This document shows, in pieces, positions 21,501-28,265 of a DNA stretch of 64,000 bases (position 1 is its first letter; every line of letters starts with the position of its first letter). The stretch spans positions 36,572-100,571 of the IMG/VR virus record IMGVR_UViG_3300023174_005548. The stretch is one strand, 5' to 3'. The notes under the pieces were generated by a model that saw only the letters and a program-made list of their open reading frames with translations, did not search any database and was not told the origin of the DNA. The position numbers and the translations under genes were made by a program. Source of the DNA: a virus.

Positions 21501-22154
21501 TCCTACTCGTTTAATGGCTTCAGCAAGATCTCCAGAACTAACAGCAAAATTAGCATCAACTGCTGCTAGTTTGTTAATAATATCTGTTGATGATAATGCT
21601 GCTTTTTGGAAACCGTTAAGACTCGCTGTAATTGCATTTACCGATTCTGCTGCCCCTAAACCAGAAAGACGAGTTAATATAAGTGCATCTTGTGTTCTTT
21701 TTAAAGTTTCAGTAACTCCAAGACCTTGTCGAGATAATTCCGTTGCAGCTGCAGCTACAGTTGAAAATGTATTTCCTGTATTTTTAGCAATATTAAAAAG
21801 ATTTGTTCCAAATTCATTTAAACTTTTGCTACTTAAATTTAATATAACATTAATATCTACAAGAGCTTTTTCTACTTCAATTGCGGCTTTAACGCTTTCA
21901 GAAAGAGCTTTTTCAACTGCGTAAATTGCACTAGCAGAGGCACCGAACGCAATAACACGAGCATTAGATGCTTCTAATGATTTTTCAAACTCACCTAATT
22001 GACCTTTAATTTTACCTAAAGGAGCAGAAATACCTCCTCCTTTTGTAGTTAAATTAAGAGTATATGGCTGACTAACTAGGGCGTTAATCTGCTTTTGAGC
22101 AGCCCTAATATTCGCTACTACATCAATATCTAGTTGATTTCTACCTTGTGCCAT
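15525..22154 (-). CDS. Tail tape measure protein with an internal motif-delimited cargo region
   Basis: 2209 aa. N-terminal TP901-type TMP core (AATELSRQGL...AVDANFAVSSGDLAEAIKRVGSSA...GNSFKTIFTRL), Ala/Gln/Lys-rich helical body and hydrophobic segments; follows the tail tube and chaperone genes. Confidence 0.92.
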   Translation of the reverse strand: MAQGRNQLDIDVVANIRAAQKQINALVSQPYTLNLTTKGGGISAPLGKIKGQLGEFEKSLEASNARVIAFGASASAIYAVEKALSESVKAAIEVEKALVDINVILNLSSKSLNEFGTNLFNIAKNTGNTFSTVAAAATELSRQGLGVTETLKRTQDALILTRLSGLGAAESVNAITASLNGFQKAALSSTDIINKLAAVDANFAVSSGDLAEAIKRVGSSAEDAGVSFDQLLAIVTSAQQITARGGAVIGNSFKTIFTRLERPKVLDALQQLGIETQTLAGNTRPVIDILTELANKYDTLNDRQKSSIAEQVGGVFQINILKAALGDLSKEYSIYSQALSISSGASNEAIKRNEQLNTTLAATLNKTLANLTAAGAKIGELSLAPALKKVMGGLNTALESFTGGDSEDVGNKIGEGLLRGLGNFLSGPGLIVGARALFTIFERLTTFSADAVKTLLGLNTQAAEQAQIQEQITTLLSKNPQIITQIASGQTTVEAVQLSILNTIKAQTLAMQQQVTLAKSLAASLSAAGVSIGKTGAGKGTLQVRSGGFIPNLFGEEEQNARSMGAVNPRAQISQGTIGGKKFIKNNKEIEVVGAGRNGDSAVIPTYGSIGDKRQKEYYDKLKFLGFVPNFAKSNQEKMQKNIYAAYRKINPAMLIAEGDQSVGTLKYKDATLQYPIIPLSKAGVESEKSIYQQFNSKEAIDKISRMVLDGATNYINSIGYKPPAQKITTDSLVGLFSKNSKYKGAYGALQAFIGAAFEVGTGEALGVKAAASDGGDFDVRNSSNIAKVRKYFPGNYNVADFKVSGSKTNRGSMSDKIKKDLDTLLPNLDIIRQGEKEAIKGKSLSSAKKTLQEYRQNLLVGDQRTITARNPSGTSPLDKLIAAKKAKGFIPNFAVFNANKHIQRGGFVGRSNKSTAQGLSNLISLMGINYSGPITKQNLTQLFSSKQNKKKLYQFLKKQPILIKQYPELYSEVKDGNHRFELAQLAGIKNIPVEYLAKGFIPNFASIKDAMETEKKMGGNPALDFQEGIGLYVRDKNTQSNFSAVKRDHPEGINNAIKNSKMAQETLARGFIPNFAPSGGAAAAASAASSSKAMRGLQAKMLAASFAFSTLQGVVETFNRDGKSAFGNIISGISQGASTFSSIATVIPGHVGLVVGAIVGVVQAIDSIKDSFKAAALSDIIKNGELAAEGLNKLSDASQAYAQAFEKLTEITSNSASSAQDIIKAQQKLQEALLDLPNQYREQYASAKNLTEMQDIMGQALAAKRKEAMQKQSAADLAKDVEKQGKTRNFIGDFVRDMNDKLGLTGKSTKGAKATAAGGALSTFAPLVALAELSVNFGKDKVQGKKDKGIFTGSQFGEQLATERASDIFKGLDPQFAKDLASGVIKADQSGEQWLATLKRYGASADQLVSAQAILNNESADGVADFKMLTDALVNVAKTTTKANDNLNKLSAEQKKRLADEEQKIINTRKQIEAEKAAAEAIEIRTAATLKASMEEKKLATYRQSSMNRIATEAEKSRLQTKQPFITEESMARGNAQVTANQANNDYGIKVQESNNKAIEEMTNQLTTSIDNQIEELKKSEGRGGEAVTKEIEKLKGARGQISNIIKSGGTADQVSNKFQELAGEGNLELPDLQKLAVQNGVIIQEARAEAAKAEVDRQEQIQIAKDQLKAQLQQLRDQKLLKGGGGIEGFLNPETLKDPLEKFTQGLQGMQAGRKTGLGMMEARGSLQAGMSLQELTGGLGSDKLNKSLRDKVVPAMAAQKKQMFNDIASQAEGAGNKDLAQIARDAAAEAESMAQKQFDNQFKLEDYVAEINTNVAALAKGGVESQTTGGIQQGIDQASTTMNKQTVATSIATNPTSTVTNATPAEGNRQYYPDGTPIPTKEERYKMVHAPTMTKEQQIEMNKRKEKESADLEQQFRTGIFPKDTIANEYKEPKPKPLSNSELVKKFAEGATDEVTPFLYRDQFFKTEKDLERYRSSAQGGFDPVADAYAEKQAKKKNNVANIGAGPSSATPITAGTYAASGNSNTGNNLTTPQVNNSIKQNNAAQEEILKKRDALAGKNDPESNRQRTQLDKNLNTLRDQQKAAGTAGKEAGMRERPAQEIERQQKGRPLSSNQNDQGQGDKSQKLADAIDKNTKATTESKSEVNVAFTPISVEVKGSIETASDQLSQKTMDAIQKAVEQLAPGIMAKLKGPPTRESGASNTVTG
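18924..20513 (-). repeat. Five GF(I/V)PN(F/L)(A/F) peptide repeats inside the TMP
   Basis: Motifs at 20493-20513 (GFIPNLF), 20259-20279 (GFVPNFA), and 19470-19490, 19137-19157, 18924-18944 (all GFIPNFA). Confidence 0.95.
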
Positions 22155-22191
22155 ACTAATAAATATTACACGATATTTTAATTAATTATAG

Positions 22192-23193
22192 TTATAATCC
22201 ATGTAATTTTAACATATCCTGCATACTAAGTTCACCACCCTTTTTCTGAGCTTCTTTACCTAAATCTACTATCTCATCATCTTTAGAGAATTGATTGATA
22301 TTCTTAATTTCATCCTTAGAAGCTCCAATATATGTCGCTCCATCTTTCTCTTTAGATTTATGCTTAACATCTGAGGCGCTATTTATATTTCTATTTAATT
22401 CATACCAATCAAGCAATTGATCAAGATCATCATAATACTCTTCACTTGGACTAGCGCCCTTTGATAATACGTTCTTATAGACCCTTGCGTTTGAGAATAT
22501 TTCAAGCTGAAAAGTAGATAATTGAATGATAGGTTTACCATAAAAAATGAATATATCGTCTTCTGTTAAGAACATATTATTTAAGAAAAATGGAAGAGTA
22601 GCTATTTTCTTTAAGTTTTTTTGGTTGAAATTCTCAATTATTTTATTATACATTGAGATGTATACTGTGAGATCTTTTGTATCAAGTTCTTCAAAATCAT
22701 TTTCACTAAATAAATTTATTTTTAAATCTTGGTCTTTAAATATTGATCTATAAATTATCATTTCATTTGATCTTTTATTGGCGTATTTTTCTGCAGTTAT
22801 CCCTAATAAACCTTCTCGTTCTAGATTTATTTCATTTAATTCTTTTTCTAATTGTTTGATTTGGGTATTTAAACTAGTGGTTTGACTTTTAATGAATACT
22901 TTTTTAAGAGTATCTTTAAGATGTGCAATTTGTTTTTTATTAAATGCTATTTTCTTTTCTTTTTCTTCAGACCATAAATCTGCATTACATAGCTCTTCTA
23001 TCTTGCCTTTTTCATCTGGAAGACCACGAACTTTGGCCTCATTAAAATGTTGAATGTAAAGATCTTCGATTAAGCCTAAATCAATCTCATATGGATGCTT
23101 GATGTATATATTTTGAGAAGCTATATAAGAATATCCTAAAATGATATCTTTATATAATTTTCTTAAAAATCTATACTCATTATCAACTGTCAC
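22192..23193 (-). CDS. Probable tail assembly chaperone (pre-TMP)
   Basis: 333-aa charged helical protein directly upstream of the TMP; GTG start overlapping the upstream stop. Confidence 0.5.
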   Translation of the reverse strand: MTVDNEYRFLRKLYKDIILGYSYIASQNIYIKHPYEIDLGLIEDLYIQHFNEAKVRGLPDEKGKIEELCNADLWSEEKEKKIAFNKKQIAHLKDTLKKVFIKSQTTSLNTQIKQLEKELNEINLEREGLLGITAEKYANKRSNEMIIYRSIFKDQDLKINLFSENDFEELDTKDLTVYISMYNKIIENFNQKNLKKIATLPFFLNNMFLTEDDIFIFYGKPIIQLSTFQLEIFSNARVYKNVLSKGASPSEEYYDDLDQLLDWYELNRNINSASDVKHKSKEKDGATYIGASKDEIKNINQFSKDDEIVDLGKEAQKKGGELSMQDMLKLHGL

Positions 23194-24034
23194 TTACTTT
23201 AGCTTCTTCTTTTGCTTCTTCTTTTGGCTTTTCTTCTTGATTTTCTGATTTAGCTTCTGCTTTGGCTTCGTCTACAGTTATTTCAGCTTGAACAGGAATA
23301 TAATATTTTTCTGCTCTAACGAAATCTTCTTGAGAGGAGATTTTACCCATGTACCAGAAACTAATAAAATAAGCTAATTTCTTAAATGACTCATTCCAAA
23401 ATAAATTCTCTGATTCTTCTAGACTATCATAATATTCTAGTTTTTCATCAAAAGTTTTTCCTTGGAATACTGGAACAAAATCATTCGCTTTTTCATCAAG
23501 CATATAAGATAAGTTTAAAACCCACCACATAATACATTGATTTCTAGCTCTATTTTCTGCTGTTTGATCAAATAATGAAATTTGAGAAAACTCTAGATTT
23601 TGTAATTCCTGACGAATTTCAGTTAGTTCTGCTAATACAGAAGCGACTTTTGCAGTCTTGTCTTCTGGTGAAATATTCTCCAAATTAAGAGATACTTTTT
23701 GAAATTCTGTTTCTTTAGAGTAAAGATCAACATAAAGTTGAGTATACTTTTGTTTTTCTGGTTCGCTCATTGAGCCACCATCATTTTGATATCTTTTAGC
23801 AAGAAGAGCTTTTGTTAATAGGCCAGCTTTAATTCCTTCTGAAAGCTTGATGCCATAAAACAATTCAGCATCATCAAATTGTCTGCGAGTTGGTTTTTGT
23901 ATTTTAAACTTAGTTGGAACAACTTTTTTGACTTTCTTAGTTGTTTTAACTTCGTTGCCTTGAGCATCGTTGGTTACTTCAACTTGCTCGATTTCTTTTT
24001 CATTATTTACTGCGAATTCATATAGCCATTTCAT
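23183..24034 (-). CDS. Probable tail assembly chaperone
   Basis: 283-aa acidic/helical protein between tail tube and TMP; AGGAG/AAGG RBS. Confidence 0.5.
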   Translation of the reverse strand: MKWLYEFAVNNEKEIEQVEVTNDAQGNEVKTTKKVKKVVPTKFKIQKPTRRQFDDAELFYGIKLSEGIKAGLLTKALLAKRYQNDGGSMSEPEKQKYTQLYVDLYSKETEFQKVSLNLENISPEDKTAKVASVLAELTEIRQELQNLEFSQISLFDQTAENRARNQCIMWWVLNLSYMLDEKANDFVPVFQGKTFDEKLEYYDSLEESENLFWNESFKKLAYFISFWYMGKISSQEDFVRAEKYYIPVQAEITVDEAKAEAKSENQEEKPKEEAKEEAKVSDS

Positions 24035-24049
24035 ATTTTTCCTTGCTCC

Positions 24050-24307
24050 TTATAGTAGATTTTTAGACTTTAAAAAGTCTTTGGTTTTGTTAAAATTTTT
24101 AACTCCGCCAATAGTTCTTATAAACTTATTTTGCTTTTCTGCATCCCAAGTTTTTATATGCTGTAGAGATTTATTTTTAATAAAAGATTCAAAGTCAAAG
24201 TATTTAATCTTAAAATCCTTCTCAAGAGTTCTTTGAATAGCTTGCATAGATAATACAGCAGACAAAGTTTCCTCAATAGGAAAATTAAATAGTAGTTTGC
24301 TTTTCAT
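24050..24307 (-). CDS. Hypothetical protein
   Basis: 85 aa, ATGA-coupled to 24304..24591. Confidence 0.6.
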   Translation of the reverse strand: MKSKLLFNFPIEETLSAVLSMQAIQRTLEKDFKIKYFDFESFIKNKSLQHIKTWDAEKQNKFIRTIGGVKNFNKTKDFLKSKNLL

Positions 24308-24591
24308 TTTTTAATTTCCATGTTTAATAGATCTAAGTTTTTAGTTATTTCCCTAACTGTTTCATTTCCTAAATCTAATATCTTTTTCCTTAAGTAATTA
24401 TACTTATTATCATCAAAATAATCAACATTTTTCAATGTCCCTTGATCTACTTTACTATTCAATTTATTAAGCATATTTACATGCTCTTCTTGAATATCTT
24501 CGATTAGATTAAGATATCTCTTATAAAGAGAAGTAATGTTTCTATGTATTTGAAATAATAGAAATTCCTTAAGTTTAGGATCTGTCTCCAT
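24304..24591 (-). CDS. Hypothetical protein
   Basis: 95 aa with AAGG-rich leader and upstream GTGTAA. Confidence 0.65.
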   Translation of the reverse strand: METDPKLKEFLLFQIHRNITSLYKRYLNLIEDIQEEHVNMLNKLNSKVDQGTLKNVDYFDDNKYNYLRKKILDLGNETVREITKNLDLLNMEIKK

Positions 24592-24629
24592 AAGCCTTAT
24601 ATTCCTTGTTCCTTACCTATCTTTACACT

Positions 24630-24654
24630 AAAAACCCCGCTTTCGCGGGGTCTT
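24630..24654 (-). terminator. Rho-independent terminator after the tail tube gene
   Basis: Minus strand AAGACCCCGC GAAA GCGGGGTTTTT: GC stem, GNRA loop, U tract. Confidence 0.85.
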
Positions 24655-24680
24655 AGTAATTTTAAATTTTATTTAAAATA

Positions 24681-25766
24681 TTAAGGACTTATTACATTAT
24701 TTTCAATGAATAGACCCTTAGCTGTATCATTTGGTCCACCAATTTGAGCACTGAATTCCATTGTGACTGATTTATTGTCACCGATTGCAGAACTAAATGA
24801 TTGAGAATCTAGTTTTGCACCTTTTAATGTATATCTTAATGCGTATGGAGTATAACTTGTGTTACAATCATTACTTGGAGCGCCCAAGACAAATGTTAGA
24901 TCATAATTCTTACTATCATCACAAACTATATCAGATAGTGCATTTCCAAGAGTATCAGATCCAGCGATATCACCCATGACGGCTTCTACGCTAGCTGTAA
25001 CTGTAACTGGGAATGTGATTTCTCTTGAGAAAGCGAATTTACTTCCTAATTTTTGAATTGAATCACGACCAATATCAGTTGAAAGTGAGAAATTTTGAAT
25101 CTTTAAATCACTCGCATTTACACCAAGGCCAGATATGTTTAGCAAGATATCTCCGGGGCGAAGTGCAGTATATCCAACTCCAGTTGTTAAACCTGAAATA
25201 GAGAATTTATCTGTAGTATTTGCAGAGCCATCTTGAGAACTAACATGAGGTCCGTATCCAGTTGTGGCTGGATAGAATTTCATATTTAAACCTTCAGCGG
25301 CAACTGATACTTTTGGAAAATCACCTACTGCAGCTTCAATAGAATATGAAGTTAAAGCACCATTTCCAATACCGATAACTCTTCCTTGTGCTCCGTTTGT
25401 ACCAGTTGCACTTACGTCAATATTTGCATCTGTACCTTCTGGAGAAACATAGATGTAGTAATTATTAACATCTTTTGTACCAGAAAGAATATCGGATAAA
25501 GCGCTTTTTGATGCTCCGAAAGTAAATCCTAAAGCTTGTTCGTTTTGACCAGAGCTGGCGAAATAACTAAAATCTAAACTGACTGTTGGTTGCTCTACAA
25601 TAATACGATCAATCGCGGCTAATTGTCCGTATTGATTAACATCTGTTCTTGCAATATCAAAACTATAGTTTGCATCTTGAACTCTTATTAGTTCTGTTGG
25701 TGAAGAACTTCCGGTAGGTCCTACGAAAAGGGCTTCACTTTGATAAATTACTCTTTTTCTTGCCAT
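24681..25766 (-). CDS. Major tail (tube) protein
   Basis: 361 aa beta-rich; strong AGGAG RBS and its own terminator (highly expressed); C-terminal LKGAKLDSQSFSSAIGDNKSVTMEFS is tube-like; position after the tail terminator. Confidence 0.75.
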   Translation of the reverse strand: MARKRVIYQSEALFVGPTGSSSPTELIRVQDANYSFDIARTDVNQYGQLAAIDRIIVEQPTVSLDFSYFASSGQNEQALGFTFGASKSALSDILSGTKDVNNYYIYVSPEGTDANIDVSATGTNGAQGRVIGIGNGALTSYSIEAAVGDFPKVSVAAEGLNMKFYPATTGYGPHVSSQDGSANTTDKFSISGLTTGVGYTALRPGDILLNISGLGVNASDLKIQNFSLSTDIGRDSIQKLGSKFAFSREITFPVTVTASVEAVMGDIAGSDTLGNALSDIVCDDSKNYDLTFVLGAPSNDCNTSYTPYALRYTLKGAKLDSQSFSSAIGDNKSVTMEFSAQIGGPNDTAKGLFIENNVISP

Positions 25767-25831
25767 ATTTTATTTCTCCTTTGAAATCTTGTCTATTATT
25801 ACAGTTAATTTTATATCAAGAGAAGTCATTT

Positions 25832-26671
25832 TTAACACCTTGGATAGCGTATATTACTTAAGGTAAAGTCTACGAAGGCTGGAAATACTTGAGTATTTTT
25901 TGGATTAAAATTAGCAAATATTTTGCTAATATTGACTTCTGTGATATAAAAAGCGTCATTGGATAGATTAATGCCAGATGTTAAGGTATTATAGTTAAAA
26001 TATCCACTACTTAATGATCCGAAATTATTAAATGGAGGGGGATTAATTAATGGCACATATCTTCTTGCAGTATCTTTTAGTATACTACAAACGGCATCTA
26101 AATTAAACATATTATCTGCTAAAACTACAGCCCTAACTTCTAGCATAGTCTGGTCTTGGCCTCCAAGGGCAAATGGCTCATTAGTACCACCATTATTTTT
26201 AAGAAATATACAAGGATAAGTTATGGATTCAAGGGCTAATCCAGTTGGACTTTGAGTAGTTTTGGGTCTAATTTTATACTCTGTTTCAAATAATAACTCT
26301 TCTTCTGGTTGATTTGTTAAATATATATTGAAATCTTTAACAGCATAAGTTCCACTTATTGTTTTGCCAGCTTGGTTTCCAGTAAAATATACTTGACCTT
26401 GATTAGGATTAATACCACTCAAACCACTTTGACCGACTTTAATAAATGAATTATTAACATAAACTCCAGATAATAAATTAGCGCCGCTAATAGAACTATC
26501 ACTTACTACTTGCTTAAATGGTAATCCATAAGTATAAAAACCATTATAAATATTTGTAATAGGATAAAATTGACTATTATAGTTTTGAAAAGCTTCGCCT
26601 TTTTTGAGTAGGATGTTGTCCATCCACATAATCATACTTGACATTAAAACGTTATCTAATTGGATTTTCAT
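25832..26671 (-). CDS. Probable tail terminator/completion protein
   Basis: Directly upstream of the tube gene; YPCIFL motif. Confidence 0.5.
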   Translation of the reverse strand: MKIQLDNVLMSSMIMWMDNILLKKGEAFQNYNSQFYPITNIYNGFYTYGLPFKQVVSDSSISGANLLSGVYVNNSFIKVGQSGLSGINPNQGQVYFTGNQAGKTISGTYAVKDFNIYLTNQPEEELLFETEYKIRPKTTQSPTGLALESITYPCIFLKNNGGTNEPFALGGQDQTMLEVRAVVLADNMFNLDAVCSILKDTARRYVPLINPPPFNNFGSLSSGYFNYNTLTSGINLSNDAFYITEVNISKIFANFNPKNTQVFPAFVDFTLSNIRYPRC

Positions 26672-27225
26672 TTTGTTAAATTATTTGTAAAATTTTTAAT
26701 AATTTCTGACATATATCTTACTCTTTTAAATGAAGAACCTCTAACTTTATTTTCACTTTGAACAGCTTCTTCTGAGCGACCTTTTAGGAATTTTTTATAA
26801 ATATAATATCCAAAACCAGATATACCTTTTTCAATTCCACTAACCCAACTTCTGCCACCTTCCCAAGGCATAGGAGTATTTTTTTTGATAAATTCCATAT
26901 CTGGATATGTAATTATAAATCTTGATGCAGATTTTCTTTTTAAATTGAAATTTTTTTCTAGCGCTTCTCTAAGATCACCAACTGGATTATCTCCAGCGTA
27001 AAAACCAATATAGCTGAATAAATTTCCAATTCCATTTAAAGTATTTGAACTATTGGTTGCTCTTGGTCCCTCTGAGATTTCTTGAGTTACTGCATGATTA
27101 TCAAAATCATCTAAAAATTGTTCTTTGCTCTCTTCATACTTTTCTCTTACGATTTCTTCTGATTTAATTTGAAATGCGGGTGTTTGTTCTATAGCTTTTT
27201 TAAGATCAAAGTTAATTTTATTCAT
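26668..27225 (-). CDS. Probable neck/tail completion protein
   Basis: Synteny within the head-tail connector block. Confidence 0.45.
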   Translation of the reverse strand: MNKINFDLKKAIEQTPAFQIKSEEIVREKYEESKEQFLDDFDNHAVTQEISEGPRATNSSNTLNGIGNLFSYIGFYAGDNPVGDLREALEKNFNLKRKSASRFIITYPDMEFIKKNTPMPWEGGRSWVSGIEKGISGFGYYIYKKFLKGRSEEAVQSENKVRGSSFKRVRYMSEIIKNFTNNLTK

Positions 27226-27668
27226 TACCTTGTTTCCTTCAAGAAGTAAACATAGAAAGTATTGTTTTGATAATGTTTAACTATACTTGTGCTATAAAGA
27301 TTAAATGTTTTACCATCAAATGTTATATTCTCTGTTCGATCTGTATTAATGTAATTTGCGCAATCTGCTTTAACATAAATTTCAACTTGTTGGTCTGGAA
27401 ATTTCAATTTAATATCTGGATTTTCTTGTAAATTTTCACTTACAGAGTATTTAATAACCGCATCAAAAGTTTGATTTCTAGGAGTATATGTATAGTCTAC
27501 GATGTTAGAGTTTTCATCGTATCCAAGCATTTGATTTGTTGTGTTTTGGACGATATTTTTAATTGGCTCTTTATTTACTGTGATAGATTTCTTGAACGTC
27601 TCGAACCATGTATCGGCCGCATCTTCGTACCAAGTTTGATCTCCTGCACCTATAAAACTAGTAGCCAT
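27225..27668 (-). CDS. Probable head closure (stopper) protein
   Basis: 147-aa beta-rich protein with ITFDGKTFNL; synteny. Confidence 0.5.
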   Translation of the reverse strand: MATSFIGAGDQTWYEDAADTWFETFKKSITVNKEPIKNIVQNTTNQMLGYDENSNIVDYTYTPRNQTFDAVIKYSVSENLQENPDIKLKFPDQQVEIYVKADCANYINTDRTENITFDGKTFNLYSTSIVKHYQNNTFYVYFLKETR

Positions 27669-27672
27669 AAAA

Positions 27673-28218
27673 TTATTGCATTATGTTGTCGATATTTCTT
27701 ATGAAATTGTTGTATGTATAACTTCTTCCGGGGTCTCCTACTGTATCGTCACCAGCAACTTGAAGAGGACGGGCTTCATTAATATTATAAGTCTTAACAA
27801 GAGTTTGTAACTCATCGTTAATTTGTTTTCTAAATTGAGCGTAAGTTTTAGCTAATTCATTCTTATTGATCTTTCTGGCGCTAAATCCATTTTGATTAAT
27901 TTCAATAAGACTATCTGTGCTAGCGGCGCCAAGTGCATTTCTTAGTAATCTCTCATAGAAATGAATAGCAAAAAGCATCTTAAATATACTCTTTTCAACA
28001 CTAGTAAATAATTCGCCACTATTTGGATCAGATAAAATCTCTAATGTTGTGTCATCTATATAGAATCTTTTATTAATTGAAATATTTAGATCACCGATAT
28101 TTGCTCTGAGCCACCAAGCGATTGAAGCTATGCTCCAATCAGATGGTTCGTTCATTTCACGATAAAGTTCGTCTGCAACATCAACAAGTTTAATAGGTGT
28201 ATAAGAATCATTACTCAT
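27673..28218 (-). CDS. Probable head-tail adaptor protein
   Basis: 181-aa helical protein, first gene of the connector block. Confidence 0.5.
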   Translation of the reverse strand: MSNDSYTPIKLVDVADELYREMNEPSDWSIASIAWWLRANIGDLNISINKRFYIDDTTLEILSDPNSGELFTSVEKSIFKMLFAIHFYERLLRNALGAASTDSLIEINQNGFSARKINKNELAKTYAQFRKQINDELQTLVKTYNINEARPLQVAGDDTVGDPGRSYTYNNFIRNIDNIMQ

Positions 28219-28265
28219 ATAATAGATATTACACTATATATTATAATATTTAAATTAATATATTT

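Noticed and set aside
20839-21924. Plus-strand ORFs antisense to the TMP, and similar ones at 33189, 36614, 37617, 38244, 55228
   Set aside because: Antisense shadows produced by codon bias of the real minus-strand genes; no start signals
23183-23193. Programmed -1 frameshift between the two tail chaperone genes (lambda G/GT type)
   Set aside because: The downstream ORF is in the +1 frame with a TAA immediately before its GTG, and there is no X XXY YYZ slippery heptamer in the 11-nt overlap
7800-27668. Contractile injection system, tailocin or myovirus tail
   Set aside because: No sheath or baseplate wedge (gpJ/gp25-like) gene is recognisable, and capsid, portal and terminase are present, so this is a complete phage morphogenesis module
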